Below are positions 18,324-28,764 of a stretch of 64,000 bases of DNA, in pieces. Below the pieces are notes generated by a model. It had not been told where the DNA came from. It made no database searches and saw only the letters and a list, made by a program, of their open reading frames with translations. Positions within the stretch are counted from its first letter, which is position 1, and each line of letters begins with the position of its first letter. Position numbers and translations under genes: made by a program. The stretch is from Alphaproteobacteria bacterium (lineage in GTDB: Bacteria > Pseudomonadota > Alphaproteobacteria > SP197), in assembly GCA_964291415.2 (NCBI GenBank), contig OZ219917.1, forward strand, positions 1,088,001-1,152,000, given 5' to 3'.

Positions 18324-20399
18324 ATGTCCCGTGATCCCCGTTACGACATTCTCTTCGAGCCCGTGGAGATCGGACCCGTTACGGCGAGGAACCGCTTCTA
18401 TCAGGTGCCCCATTGCAACGGCATGGGGCGCACCTTTCCGTCCAGCATGGCGGCGATGCGCGGTGTCAAGGCCGAGGGCGGCTGGGCCGTGGTGTCGACC
18501 GAACAGATCGACATCCACCCCTCGGCCGACGTCACTGGCGCCACCGAGGGTCGTCTGTGGTCGGACCAGGATATCCCGTACCACGCGCGCATGTGCGACG
18601 CGGTCCACGAACACGGCTCTCTCGCACTGATCGAGCTGACCCACAACGGCAAGTTCGCACCGGCGGCCTACAGCCGCGAGGTGCCGCTCTTCCCCTCCCA
18701 CATGCCCGTGGTCGGCAACGCGCCGGTGCAGGCCCGCGCCATGGACAGGACCGACATCAGGAACTACCGACGCTGGCATCTGGATGCCGTGAAACGCGCC
18801 AGACGGGCCGGCTTCGACATCGTCTGCTGCTATGCCGCCCACAACCTCTCGCTCGCCGGCCAGTTCATGCTGGCGCGCTACAACCGCCGCACCGACGAGT
18901 ACGGCGGCAGGCTGGAGAACCGGGTCCGCCTGTTCCGCGAGATCATCGAGGACGCGAAGGAGGCGGTCGGAGACACGATGGGCGTGGTCGCGCGCTTCGC
19001 TGTCGACGAGAGGCGCGGCGCCGAAGGCATGGAATTCGACAAGGAGGGGCGGGAGATTGTCGAGATGCTGGCCGAACTGCCCGATCTCTGGGACGTCAAC
19101 GTGGCCGAATGGGAGAACGACAGCATCACCAGCCGCTTCGCGGAAGAGGGATTCCAGGAACCCTTCATCTCCTTCGTCAAGCAGGTCACCACCAAGCCCG
19201 TGGTGGCCGTTGGTCGCTACACCACGCCCGACCGCATGGTGTCTCTCGTGAAGAACGGCGTGCTCGACATGATCGGCGCAGCCCGTCCCTCGATTGCCGA
19301 CCCCTTCCTGCCGAGGAAGATCGAGGAGGGCCGGATCGAGGACTTGAGGGAGTGCATCGGCTGCAACATCTGCGTTGGCTGGGACCACATGTTGTCGCCC
19401 ATGCGCTGCACCCAGAACCCGACCAAAGGCGAGGAGTGGCGCAAGGGCTGGCATCCGGAGCGCATCCCGCTGAAAGCGGGCGACGACAAGGTGCTCGTCA
19501 TCGGCGCGGGCCCTGCGGGTCTCGAAGCGGCGCGCGCTGCGGGTCAACGCGGCTACGACGTGACCCTGGCCGAAGCGGACGAGGAACTGGGCGGCCGGGT
19601 CGCCCGGGAAAGCCGCTTGCCGGGTCTCTCGGCCTGGGGGCGGGTGCGCGACCACCGGGTGCACCAGATCCGGCAGATGGCCAACGTCGAGGTCTATCCC
19701 GCCAGCCGGCTGACGGCCGCACAGGTGCTCGAGTTTGGCGCTGACCGCATCGCCGTTGCGACCGGCGCGCTCTGGCGCAAGGACGGTTTTGGCCGGGCGC
19801 ACCAGTTCCCGATCCCCGGCCTCTCCGGGGCGGGCGTGTTCACGCCCGACGACGTCATGTCCGGCGCGACGCCGGACGGCCCTGTCCTGGTCTACGACGA
19901 TGACCACTACTACATGGGTGGCGTGATCGCAGAGAAGCTGCGCGGCGGCGGAGTCGAGGTAACGCTGGTGACGCCCGATCCCGTCGTGTCGTCGTGGACC
20001 ACCTTGACGCTGGAGCAGCACCGCATCCAGGCGCGCCTGATCGAACTCGGCGTCGGCATCGAGGTGAACGCCAAACTCGCGGCTGTCGGCGACGGTGTGG
20101 CCACGCTTGCCTGTGTCTTCACCGGACGGCATCGCGAGATTGCCGCCGCCTCGGTCGTGATGGTGACGTCGCGCCTGCCCGACGATGGGCTCTACCGTGA
20201 GCTTGCCGGCGACGAGGAGCGGCTGTCGGACGCCGGCGTTGCCTCTCTCCACCGCATCGGCGACTGTCACGGCCCCGCCACCATCGCCGCGGCGGTCTAC
20301 GAAGGCCACCGCTTCGCCCGTGAACTGGGCGCGGAGCCCGAGGACATTCCCTTCAAGCGGGAACTCACCGAACTGGCGGCGGGGTTTGCGCTACCCTGA
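18324..20399 (+). CDS. trimethylamine/dimethylamine/histamine dehydrogenase family FMN/[4Fe-4S] flavoprotein
   Basis: MSRDPRYDILFEPVEIGP...NRFYQVPHCNGMG (FMN-attachment Cys), YAAH, ARPSIADPFLP, RECIGCNIC...CTQNPT, IGAGPAGLE. Confidence 0.9.
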   Translation: MSRDPRYDILFEPVEIGPVTARNRFYQVPHCNGMGRTFPSSMAAMRGVKAEGGWAVVSTEQIDIHPSADVTGATEGRLWSDQDIPYHARMCDAVHEHGSLALIELTHNGKFAPAAYSREVPLFPSHMPVVGNAPVQARAMDRTDIRNYRRWHLDAVKRARRAGFDIVCCYAAHNLSLAGQFMLARYNRRTDEYGGRLENRVRLFREIIEDAKEAVGDTMGVVARFAVDERRGAEGMEFDKEGREIVEMLAELPDLWDVNVAEWENDSITSRFAEEGFQEPFISFVKQVTTKPVVAVGRYTTPDRMVSLVKNGVLDMIGAARPSIADPFLPRKIEEGRIEDLRECIGCNICVGWDHMLSPMRCTQNPTKGEEWRKGWHPERIPLKAGDDKVLVIGAGPAGLEAARAAGQRGYDVTLAEADEELGGRVARESRLPGLSAWGRVRDHRVHQIRQMANVEVYPASRLTAAQVLEFGADRIAVATGALWRKDGFGRAHQFPIPGLSGAGVFTPDDVMSGATPDGPVLVYDDDHYYMGGVIAEKLRGGGVEVTLVTPDPVVSSWTTLTLEQHRIQARLIELGVGIEVNAKLAAVGDGVATLACVFTGRHREIAAASVVMVTSRLPDDGLYRELAGDEERLSDAGVASLHRIGDCHGPATIAAAVYEGHRFARELGAEPEDIPFKRELTELAAGFALP

Positions 20400-20459
20400 T
20401 CCGAAGCCTCCTGCCGCAGCGTGCGCGGCGAGTCTCCCGGAACTGCGGCATTGGACGAA

Positions 20460-20489
20460 GAAAGGCCGGACGTTGCCGTCCGGCCTTTC
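20460..20489. terminator. probable rho-independent (bidirectional) terminator between convergent genes
   Basis: 13-bp perfect stem GAAAGGCCGGACG-ttgc-CGTCCGGCCTTTC, ending in TTTC on both strands. Confidence 0.7.
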
Positions 20490-20515
20490 GGTTGGTTCCC
20501 CTTGAGAGGGAGTGC

Positions 20516-21490
20516 TTACATCGTCGCGTGGTCGATCCAGCCCTGGAGCGTCTCGGAGTTGTTGTCGAGCCACTCGTTGATGACCTCGATGAGGTCGCGG
20601 CCCTTGTCGTCGATCTCCGACATCATCTGCGCCTGCTCGAGGTTGGTGATCGAATAGGCCTCGATCAGTCCCCAGGCGCCGGGGTGGCTGTCCTTGAGAC
20701 CCGGATTGGCAACCTTCCAGATCTCGGCGCCCGCCCAGTCGCAGTCATGGGTGGCGTCGGGGTTGATGCCCAGCGACGCGTCGGTCTCGCACCCCTCGAA
20801 GTACTCGGGCAGATAGATACGCTGCAGGTCGTACTGGGCGTGCATCCAGTGCGGTTCCCAGAACATGGTGATCAGCGGCGCCTGGCGCTCGTAGGCCGAC
20901 TTGATCTCGGCAATGATCGCACCCTCGCCGCCCGACGGGATGTTCACGAAGTCAAGCCCCAGCGCGGCAATGCGCGGCGCATTCTTGTCGCCCCATTCCG
21001 CCGGATAGTCCAGAAAACGTCCAGACGGCATCGTCTCGGGCGTCGCAAACATGTCGGCGCAGTCGTTGAGCGCCTCCCAGCTCGGCAGACCCGGACACAT
21101 GTCGACGACGTATCCCGGAACAAACCACGCCTCCTGCGGCTTCAGACCGGACAGCGCCACGATCTCGACCGCGCCGGAATCGAAGTGCTCGTCCCAGCCC
21201 TCGCCGATGTTGGAACTCCAGATCTCCAGGGTCGCGTGAATGTCGCCGTCCGCAACGGCCGAAACCTGCGGATAGTATCCCGCGGTCACGTATTCGACGT
21301 TGTAGCCCATGCGCTTGAGCGCCTCGCCGGCCACCGTCGTGCTGACGTGCTGGCCCGTCCACTCGTTCATCGCAAGCTTGATCGGCTCATCCGTCTCGGG
21401 AATTGACTGGGCGCTCGCTGTCGCCGCAACACCGGTAAGCAACGCGCCGGCGGTGACGGCCGACAGGAGTTTCCTTGACAGGTCCATCAT
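20516..21490 (-). CDS. glycine betaine/TMAO-type ABC transporter substrate-binding protein (ProX/TmoX-like)
   Basis: Signal peptide (ATASA), PIKLAMNEWTGQ, GYNVEYV, DIHATLEIW, FWEPHW. Confidence 0.87.
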   Translation of the reverse strand: MMDLSRKLLSAVTAGALLTGVAATASAQSIPETDEPIKLAMNEWTGQHVSTTVAGEALKRMGYNVEYVTAGYYPQVSAVADGDIHATLEIWSSNIGEGWDEHFDSGAVEIVALSGLKPQEAWFVPGYVVDMCPGLPSWEALNDCADMFATPETMPSGRFLDYPAEWGDKNAPRIAALGLDFVNIPSGGEGAIIAEIKSAYERQAPLITMFWEPHWMHAQYDLQRIYLPEYFEGCETDASLGINPDATHDCDWAGAEIWKVANPGLKDSHPGAWGLIEAYSITNLEQAQMMSEIDDKGRDLIEVINEWLDNNSETLQGWIDHATM

Positions 21491-21830
21491 GTGTGTCCCC
21501 CTAGTTTGTCGTTCACAAAGCACCCGCGTCGGGTGTTCCGGTCCCATTCTATGCGACACGATGCGGCGGTGTGCAAGTCGCATGAACGACGCGTCTGGCG
21601 GATCCGCTTGGGTGACGGCCCTTCGAACCGTTTCAAGGCAAGGCGTCAGGGCGGTGCTGCCGGCGGGACCGGATTGCAGGCGATCAGACCCAATGTTCTC
21701 CTGACTTCCAGAGCAAGCCGTCGGGTCCGCGTGATGTGTCTGTCTATGTGGGCCTGCTCTGGAGACGGAATGGGATCACAGTCCGAAACGCGAGGAGTCC
21801 CGCGACAGGATGATTCGCCTGTCCCGGGCG

Positions 21831-22265
21831 CTATTGCGTGGCGACGGCAATTGCCTCGGCGAGTTCGTCGCGTTCCTCGCAGCCATCCGGGCATGCGATG
21901 TCGAGGGCTGCAAGGCGCTCCCTTGCCTTTGCGACGTCGCCGACTTCAAGCAGGAGTTCTCCCAGGTACTCATTGGCCCCTCGATGCAGCGGATCGATGT
22001 CCAGAGCCATCCCGTACCATGTGAAAGCGTCGTCAAACCTGCCGATCTGGCGAGATGCGTAACCCAGCATGTTCAGAGTATCCGGATTGCCGGATTCCCT
22101 GCGATTGAGATCCTCCAGGAGAACGAGCGCCTCCTCGTAGTCGCCGGACTCGACGAGGTCAATGGCGTCAGACAACGTTGCTGTGCTGCCCGTTGTGCCG
22201 CTGCCTGCTGCCAAGGCGCAGCCGGCAAACATCGTCAGGATCGCCATCACGCGAAGAACCATCAT
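21831..22265 (-). CDS. exported tetratricopeptide-repeat protein
   Basis: Signal peptide; TPR-like NPDTLNMLGYASRQIG...YGMALDIDPLHRGANEYLGEL; C-terminal CPDGCEE. Confidence 0.83.
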   Translation of the reverse strand: MMVLRVMAILTMFAGCALAAGSGTTGSTATLSDAIDLVESGDYEEALVLLEDLNRRESGNPDTLNMLGYASRQIGRFDDAFTWYGMALDIDPLHRGANEYLGELLLEVGDVAKARERLAALDIACPDGCEERDELAEAIAVATQ

Positions 22266-22520
22266 CGCTCATCCTCCTCATCCGGTGATACGGGACGGTC
22301 CTCGGGCCGCCGCACGGCCATGGCCGCAATTCCCCTTGTCGCCGCGTGATCCCTCGAACCCCTCTCAACGCATGAGAAGCTACAACGCGGCACGCGGAAC
22401 CGGCAAGGAGACCGGACGGGCATGACAGCAGGGCGATGCATGCGGTGCGCAACGCGAATCGTCTCGAAGGAGCTATGGCAGGCACCGGGCGAATCTGGCA
22501 GATTTGCCTGGTGAAGCGGG

Positions 22521-23696
22521 ATGGCGGCGATGCAGGATAACTCCCGGGATCTTGTTTCCGGCATGCTGGGGGAAGAGGCTCTGCAGCGCCTGCATGCCGG
22601 GGGTGCGCTTCCCAACGTGGCGTACACGAGCCGGGAATGGCTTGAGCTTGAGCGCACGCGCCTGATGTGGTCGATGTGGATGCTGGCGGGATTCGAGAGC
22701 CGAATTCCCGAGGCCGGCGATTGCCTGCCGGTGCAGGTCGCCGGCTGTCCGCTCGTTCTTGTGCGGGGCCACGACGGCGGTATCGCCGCCTTCCACAATG
22801 TCTGCCGGCACCGGGGTGCGGTCATCGTCACGGAGTGCCGCAGGAGACTGGGAGCCCTGACCTGTCCCTACCACGGGTGGAGCTATGGTCTCGATGGCCG
22901 GATCCGCACCCGTCCCCACTTCCACGGTGGCGGGTGTCACGACACGGCTCCGGACCAACGCGCCAGCCTTGCCAGAGTGCGCTGCGAAAGCTGGCGCGGC
23001 ATGCTGTTCGTCAACATCGATGGCCGCGCCGAACCTCTCGACCGCCACATGGCGCCGGTCGACGAACACCTCGCGGGATGGCGCGCGACAACCCTGGCAT
23101 GGGGTGGCAGCCTGGTCTTCGACATCGCCGCCAACTGGAAGCACGTCCACGAAAACTTCATCGACGTCTATCACAAGTTCGCCATCCACCCGGCGCTGTG
23201 CGCCTTCGCGCCCTTGGAAACCAGCAACCCGATGACCTTCATCGCCCCGCACCTGACGATGACCTGGCATGTGATTGCGCGCCCGGAGGAAGGCCGGGGC
23301 TTGGGCCTGCCTCGGTTCCGCGGGCTGCCTGACGCCCTTCACGAGGAGGGCCGCTCCTTCACCGTGATCCCCACATGCGACATCAATCTGTGGCCCGATC
23401 ACATCGCCGTTCTGGTGGCGGAACCGGAGGCCCCGGGGAGGACCCGGGAGACCATTCACTTCCTCTTCGATCCAGATGCCATGACGGAGACCTGCGACAG
23501 GGTTCGGGGCCGGGTTCTCGAGACCTGGGATGCTCTCAACCGCGAGGACATCGCCGTCCTCGAATCGATGCAGAGGGGACGCGACTCGCCGGGGTTCGAC
23601 GGCGGCTCGCTTTCGTCATTCTGGGATCCCGCCACCCACATGTTCTCCAGGAAGGTCGTGGAACTGATGATGAATCGAAGTGGGAGCGCGCCCTGA
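22521..23696 (+). CDS. Rieske non-heme iron oxygenase alpha subunit (choline monooxygenase-like), copy 1
   Basis: NVCRHRG...CPYHGWSY Rieske site; ANWK..ENFIDVYH...IH and REDIAVLESMQRG mononuclear Fe site. Confidence 0.92.
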   Translation: MAAMQDNSRDLVSGMLGEEALQRLHAGGALPNVAYTSREWLELERTRLMWSMWMLAGFESRIPEAGDCLPVQVAGCPLVLVRGHDGGIAAFHNVCRHRGAVIVTECRRRLGALTCPYHGWSYGLDGRIRTRPHFHGGGCHDTAPDQRASLARVRCESWRGMLFVNIDGRAEPLDRHMAPVDEHLAGWRATTLAWGGSLVFDIAANWKHVHENFIDVYHKFAIHPALCAFAPLETSNPMTFIAPHLTMTWHVIARPEEGRGLGLPRFRGLPDALHEEGRSFTVIPTCDINLWPDHIAVLVAEPEAPGRTRETIHFLFDPDAMTETCDRVRGRVLETWDALNREDIAVLESMQRGRDSPGFDGGSLSSFWDPATHMFSRKVVELMMNRSGSAP

Positions 23697-24832
23697 TGCT
23701 GGACCGCTACATCACCGAGGAGGTTGCCGACAATCTCCGCAGACCGCCCGGCGCGGGAGGGTCCTGCCTCCCCAACGCCTGCTATACCGATCCGGCGTGG
23801 CTGGAACTGGAGAACGAACGTCTCTTTGCCCGCTCCTGGATGTATGCCGGCTCGCTCGACAACATCCCCGATCCCGGCGACATCTTCCCGACCACGGTGG
23901 GGAACCGCCCGGTGGTTCTGGTGCATGGCCACGACGGCATGGTCAGGGCCTTTCACAATGTCTGCCGCCACCGGGGCGCCATCCTGGTTGAGCACCCGTG
24001 CCGTCACCGCAGGCACATCACCTGCCCCTACCACGCCTGGTCATACGGGCTCGACGGCGCCCTGGTGCAGCGTCCGCACTTCGACGGTGTCGGCCGCCAC
24101 GACAGGCCTGAGTCAGGCCCGGGGCTGGTGGAGATCCGCCTGGCGCGCTTTCACCGGGCGATCTTCATCAATCTGGACGGCCACGCCGAGCCATTCGCAG
24201 ACTACATCGGGCCACTGGCGCGCCGCCTTGCCGGTCACGATCTCGACGCGCTGCGCCTGGCGAGAACCCTGACCTGGGAGTTCAGGGCCAACTGGAAACT
24301 CGTCTTCGAGAACTACTTCGACACCTACCATGTCTTCGCCATTCATCCGCGTCTCGATGCCTTTGCCCCGTCCGAGGGACGTAAGGGATTCGGTTGGGAG
24401 GAGAAGCTCCTCCATATGGAGAGCACGTTCGATCAGCCGGAGGCCGGACGTGGTGTGGGCCTGCCGTACTATCCCGGTCTGGCGCCCGGACTCGAACGCC
24501 TCGAGGTGGCCTACCATCTCTTCCCGAGCTGCTGCTACCAGATATGGCCCGATCAGCTGACGGTCTTCCAGGTGTTCCCCGTGGCGCCGGACCACACGAT
24601 CGAGCACCTGCACGTCTTCCTCATCGGCGATGCGGCCCACGATCCCGAATGGGAGGTGGCGCGCCAGGGGGTCTACGACATGTGGGACGAGCTCAACCGG
24701 GAAGACATCAACGCCATCGAGTGGATGCAGAAAGGGCGGCAGTCGCCGGCCTTCGACGGGGGTGTGCTGGCGCCATGCTGGGATTCTTCGCACCAGCATT
24801 TTGCACGACTCGTGGTGGAGACCATGACGTGA
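23696..24832 (+). CDS. Rieske non-heme iron oxygenase alpha subunit, copy 2
   Basis: TGATG overlap with copy 1; NVCRHRG...CPYHAWSY, ANWK..ENYFDTYH...IH, REDINAIEWMQKG. Confidence 0.92.
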   Translation: MLDRYITEEVADNLRRPPGAGGSCLPNACYTDPAWLELENERLFARSWMYAGSLDNIPDPGDIFPTTVGNRPVVLVHGHDGMVRAFHNVCRHRGAILVEHPCRHRRHITCPYHAWSYGLDGALVQRPHFDGVGRHDRPESGPGLVEIRLARFHRAIFINLDGHAEPFADYIGPLARRLAGHDLDALRLARTLTWEFRANWKLVFENYFDTYHVFAIHPRLDAFAPSEGRKGFGWEEKLLHMESTFDQPEAGRGVGLPYYPGLAPGLERLEVAYHLFPSCCYQIWPDQLTVFQVFPVAPDHTIEHLHVFLIGDAAHDPEWEVARQGVYDMWDELNREDINAIEWMQKGRQSPAFDGGVLAPCWDSSHQHFARLVVETMT

Positions 24833-26793
24833 CCCATCCCGTTTTCCCGCATCTCTTCGCACCGATGGAGCTGAGGGGAAGGGAAATCAGGAACAGGGTC
24901 TTCGTGCCCGGCCACAACACGGCGCTTTCGGAAGGCGGCCGCATCGGCGATGCCATGCTCGCCTATCACGAAGCGCGCATGAAGGGTGGCGTCGGCATGG
25001 TCATGACCGAGGTCCATTGTGTCCACGAGACCTACATGCCGCTGGGGCGCGCCTGGGCGACGAGCGATGACTGCCTGCCGGGCCTTACCCGACTGGCGCG
25101 CCTGGGCCGCGATCACGGCGTGCGTGTGATCGGCCAGGTGTTTCACCCCGGCAGGGTTGCCGCAGCCTCCATCGACGGCACGAAGATGACGGCCTGGGCG
25201 CCCTCGGCGGTGCCCGACGAGATGTACAAGACCGTCCCGGCGCCGCTCACGCGCGACCTGATCCGCGACATCGTCAAGGCCCACGGTGACGGTGCGGCGC
25301 GCATGGCCGAAGCAGGACTCGACGGAATCGAGATCATTTCGTCGATGGGATATCTCGCCAGCCAGTTTCTCAACCCCCGGCTCAACCGGCGTGACGACGA
25401 GTATGGCGGCAGCTTCGCCAACCGCATGCGATTCGTGCGCGAGGTCGCCGCCGCCATCCGTTCCCAGGTCGGGGACGATCTCATTGTCGGTTTGCGGATC
25501 TCAGCCGATGAAATGGACGAGGAAGGGCTCACCATTGCGGAGACCCGCGAAGCCGCGGCCGCCCTCGATGCCGATGGTGTCCTCGACTACCTCAATGTCG
25601 TGTTGGGCTCGACAGCGACCTACACGGGCTGGCAGCACATCATTCCCCACATGCACTTCCAGGCGGGCTATCCGGGAGAGAAGTCGGCCGCGCTGAAGGA
25701 GGTGGTGAAGCGCATGCCGGTGCTGGTGGCCGGACGCATCAACCAACCGCAGGTCGCCGAGGACATTCTCGCAAGGGGCGGAGCCGACATGGTCGGCATC
25801 GTGCGAGGTCACATCGCCGATCCGGACTTCGTGAAGAAGGCCTTCGAGAACAGGGTCGACGACATCCGCGCCTGCATCGGCTGCGATCAGGCCTGTATCG
25901 GCCATCGCCTGAAAGGCTTTGCCATCTCCTGCATCCAGTTCCCCGAGACCGGGCGGGAACTCACCTACGGCACCAGGCACCGGGCGGCGCGGCCGCGCAG
26001 GGTCATCGTCGCCGGCGGCGGACCGGCGGGTCTCAAGGCCGCGGCGGTGGCGGCCGAACGCGGCCACGAGGTCATCCTCCTCGAGGCGGCGCGCCAGGCG
26101 GGAGGCCAGGCGCTGCTCGCCCAGGCCCTGCCGGGCAGGGCCGAGTTCGGCGGAATCGTCACGAACCTCGTGCGCGAGTGCGCGATCCACGGGGTCGACA
26201 TCAGAAGAGGCGTCAGGGCGACGCCCGAATCGCTGATGCCGCTGAAGCCGGACGTCGTGATCTGTGCCACCGGCGCGGTCGAGGAGCGCCCCGAACTCGA
26301 GGGCATGGACCAGGCGCACGTCGTCGGGGCCTGGTCGGTGGCCGCCGGGACGGCCAATGTCGGAACCAGGGTTGTGGTCTACGACTGGCATGCCAACTGG
26401 ATCGGACCCGGCGTGGCGGAAAAGCTGGCGCGTGACGGTTGCTCCGTGCGTCTTGCCGTCAACGGCCCCATGGTCGGGGAGCACCTGCCGATGATGGTGC
26501 GGGACGGCTGGATGGGCGAGCTTCACAAGCTCGGCGTCGACGTCATCACGTACGCCCGCCTCTACGGGTGCGACGAGGACAGCGTGTTCATGCAGCATGT
26601 CACGAGCGGCCAGCCGATCATCTGCGACGATGTCGAGACCCTTGTGCTCGCCACTCCCCACAAACGCGAGGCAGGATTGTGGGAAGAGTTGACCGACATG
26701 GGCATGGAGTGCCACCTCGTCGGTGACGCGCTGGCTCCCAGGACAGCCGAGGAGGCCGTCCTGGAAGGTCTCCAGGCGGCGTCCGGAATCTGA
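24829..26793 (+). CDS. OYE-like FMN/[4Fe-4S]/FAD oxidoreductase (DgcA/StcD/FadH family), copy 1
   Basis: GTG overlapping the previous stop; LFAPMELRG..IRNR, NRRDDEYGGSFANRMRF, RACIGCDQAC...C, VAGGGPAGL. Confidence 0.9.
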   Translation: MTHPVFPHLFAPMELRGREIRNRVFVPGHNTALSEGGRIGDAMLAYHEARMKGGVGMVMTEVHCVHETYMPLGRAWATSDDCLPGLTRLARLGRDHGVRVIGQVFHPGRVAAASIDGTKMTAWAPSAVPDEMYKTVPAPLTRDLIRDIVKAHGDGAARMAEAGLDGIEIISSMGYLASQFLNPRLNRRDDEYGGSFANRMRFVREVAAAIRSQVGDDLIVGLRISADEMDEEGLTIAETREAAAALDADGVLDYLNVVLGSTATYTGWQHIIPHMHFQAGYPGEKSAALKEVVKRMPVLVAGRINQPQVAEDILARGGADMVGIVRGHIADPDFVKKAFENRVDDIRACIGCDQACIGHRLKGFAISCIQFPETGRELTYGTRHRAARPRRVIVAGGGPAGLKAAAVAAERGHEVILLEAARQAGGQALLAQALPGRAEFGGIVTNLVRECAIHGVDIRRGVRATPESLMPLKPDVVICATGAVEERPELEGMDQAHVVGAWSVAAGTANVGTRVVVYDWHANWIGPGVAEKLARDGCSVRLAVNGPMVGEHLPMMVRDGWMGELHKLGVDVITYARLYGCDEDSVFMQHVTSGQPIICDDVETLVLATPHKREAGLWEELTDMGMECHLVGDALAPRTAEEAVLEGLQAASGI

Positions 26794-26799
26794 TCCGGA

Positions 26800-28761
26800 A
26801 TGTCGTTTCCCAACCTCTTCCGGCCCATCGAACTGGGCGGCCTGGAGATTGCCAACCGAGTGGTCTTCGGCCCCCATGGCACCAGCCAGGGCCGCCAGCC
26901 CGGAACCATGGCCGACCTCGTCGCCTATCACGAGGCCCGTGCCCAGGGAGGGGTCGGCCTCATCATCACCGAGGCCCACACTGTCCACGAGAGCTACGAG
27001 GTGCGTCACAACCTGCTGGCCGTGAGCGATGACGATGCCATTCCCGACCTGAAGATGCTGGCCGATGCCGCACACCGCTACGGCGCCCGCATGTTCGGCC
27101 AGCTCTTCCACCCTGGCCGCGCGGTCGCCAACCGGAAGAACGGCGCGCTGCTGGCTGCCTGGGCGCCATCGGAAGTGCCCGATGAACGCCATCACGTCAT
27201 GCCCGCGCCGATGTCCCTCACCCTTATCCGCGACATCGTGAAAGCCTATGGCGACGGCGCCCGGCGCATGGCCGAGGCCGGTCTCGACGGAGTCGAGTAC
27301 ATGGTCTCCATGGGCTACCTGCCGGCACAGTTCGTCAACCCTCGGACCAATCGGCGCGAGGATGCCTATGGCGGCAGTTTCGAGAACCGCATGCGCTTCC
27401 TTGACGAGTCGCTCGGAGCCATCCGCGACGCTGTCGGCAGCGACCTGGTGGTGGGCATGCGCATCTCGGTCGACGAACTCGACCATGGCGGGCTGTCGCC
27501 CGAGGAATCACGGCAGGTGGCGCGGAGCCTGGCGCATGATGGCCTGGTCGACTACGTCAACGTGATCGGCGGATCGGGCGCGTCCGTCGGCGGCGCCATC
27601 CACATCGTGCCGCCCATGGCGGTGGAACCAGCCTACCTCTCCGAGGCGGCCGCAGACCTGCGGCGGGACCTCGGTGTGCCGACCATGCTGGGCGGGCGCA
27701 TCAACCAGCCCCATGCGGCCGAGCAGGTGATCGCCTCGGGTGCGGCAGACATGGTCTGCCTGGTGAGAGCCCTCATCGCCGACCCCCATTTCGCCCGGAA
27801 GGCGGCCACGGGCAAGGCCGACTCGATCCGCGCCTGCATCGCCTGCAACCAGGCCTGCATCGGTCACCGCCACATGGGTGCCGTTGTCTCGTGCATCCAG
27901 CACCCCGAGACCGGTCGCGAGCGCCGGTTCCCCCACGTCAGGACACCGTCGGCATCGACGCTGAAGGTTGTCGTGGCCGGAGGAGGCCCGGGGGGCATGA
28001 AGGCGGCCGCCACGGCCGCCGAGTGCGGGCACGACGTGACGCTCTTCGAAAAGGAAAGCGAACTCGGCGGACAGGCCCGTCTCGCGCAGATGCTCCCGGG
28101 GCGTGCCGAGTTCGGCGGCATCATCACCAATCTCTCCCGCGAGGTGGCGGAGGCCGGTGTCACGGTGGTGAAGGGAAGCGTTGCGAGCGCAGGCAGTATC
28201 AGGCGCCTTGCGGCCGACGCCGTGATCGTGGCGACAGGGGCGGTCCCCTACCGGCCCTCTCTCGAGGGGGACGTGCAGGGAATCGATGCGTGGTCGGTGA
28301 TCAGGGGTGAGGCCAATGTCGGTTCACGGGTTGTCATCGCCGACTGGCGCTGCGACTGGACCGGAATGGGTGTGGCCGAGTTGCTGGCGCGCCAGGGCTG
28401 CCATGTCCGCCTCTACTGCCAGGGCACGCAACCCGGCCAGAATCTCCAGTCCTATCTCAGGGATCACTGGATCGGCGTCCTGGATGGGCTCGGCGTCGAA
28501 ACCCGTGCCTACGCACGGCTGTTCGGCGCCGACGGAGATGTGGTCTACTTCCAGCACATGACCAATGGCGAACCGCTCATTGCCGACGAGGTCGATACCT
28601 TGGTGCTGGCCCAGGGACACCGCCGCGTGGCGACTCTGCACGAAGAACTCGAGAACGAGGGGCAGCGTGGTCTTCACATGATCGGTGATGCCCTTTCGCC
28701 GCGGACGGCCGAAGAAGCGGTTCTCGAGGGGCTTGAGGCCGCCATGACACTCGCTGCCTGA
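26800..28761 (+). CDS. OYE-like FMN/[4Fe-4S]/FAD oxidoreductase, copy 2
   Basis: MSFPNLFRPIELG, NRREDAYGGSFENRMRF, RACIACNQAC...C, VAGGGPGGM; colinear paralogue of copy 1. Confidence 0.9.
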   Translation: MSFPNLFRPIELGGLEIANRVVFGPHGTSQGRQPGTMADLVAYHEARAQGGVGLIITEAHTVHESYEVRHNLLAVSDDDAIPDLKMLADAAHRYGARMFGQLFHPGRAVANRKNGALLAAWAPSEVPDERHHVMPAPMSLTLIRDIVKAYGDGARRMAEAGLDGVEYMVSMGYLPAQFVNPRTNRREDAYGGSFENRMRFLDESLGAIRDAVGSDLVVGMRISVDELDHGGLSPEESRQVARSLAHDGLVDYVNVIGGSGASVGGAIHIVPPMAVEPAYLSEAAADLRRDLGVPTMLGGRINQPHAAEQVIASGAADMVCLVRALIADPHFARKAATGKADSIRACIACNQACIGHRHMGAVVSCIQHPETGRERRFPHVRTPSASTLKVVVAGGGPGGMKAAATAAECGHDVTLFEKESELGGQARLAQMLPGRAEFGGIITNLSREVAEAGVTVVKGSVASAGSIRRLAADAVIVATGAVPYRPSLEGDVQGIDAWSVIRGEANVGSRVVIADWRCDWTGMGVAELLARQGCHVRLYCQGTQPGQNLQSYLRDHWIGVLDGLGVETRAYARLFGADGDVVYFQHMTNGEPLIADEVDTLVLAQGHRRVATLHEELENEGQRGLHMIGDALSPRTAEEAVLEGLEAAMTLAA

Positions 28762-28764
28762 CCG

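Noticed and set aside
14591-27486. Long antisense ORFs (14591-16585, 18264-20309, 25501-27486 and similar)
   Set aside because: Shadow frames of well-supported genes in high-GC DNA, with no recognisable motifs.
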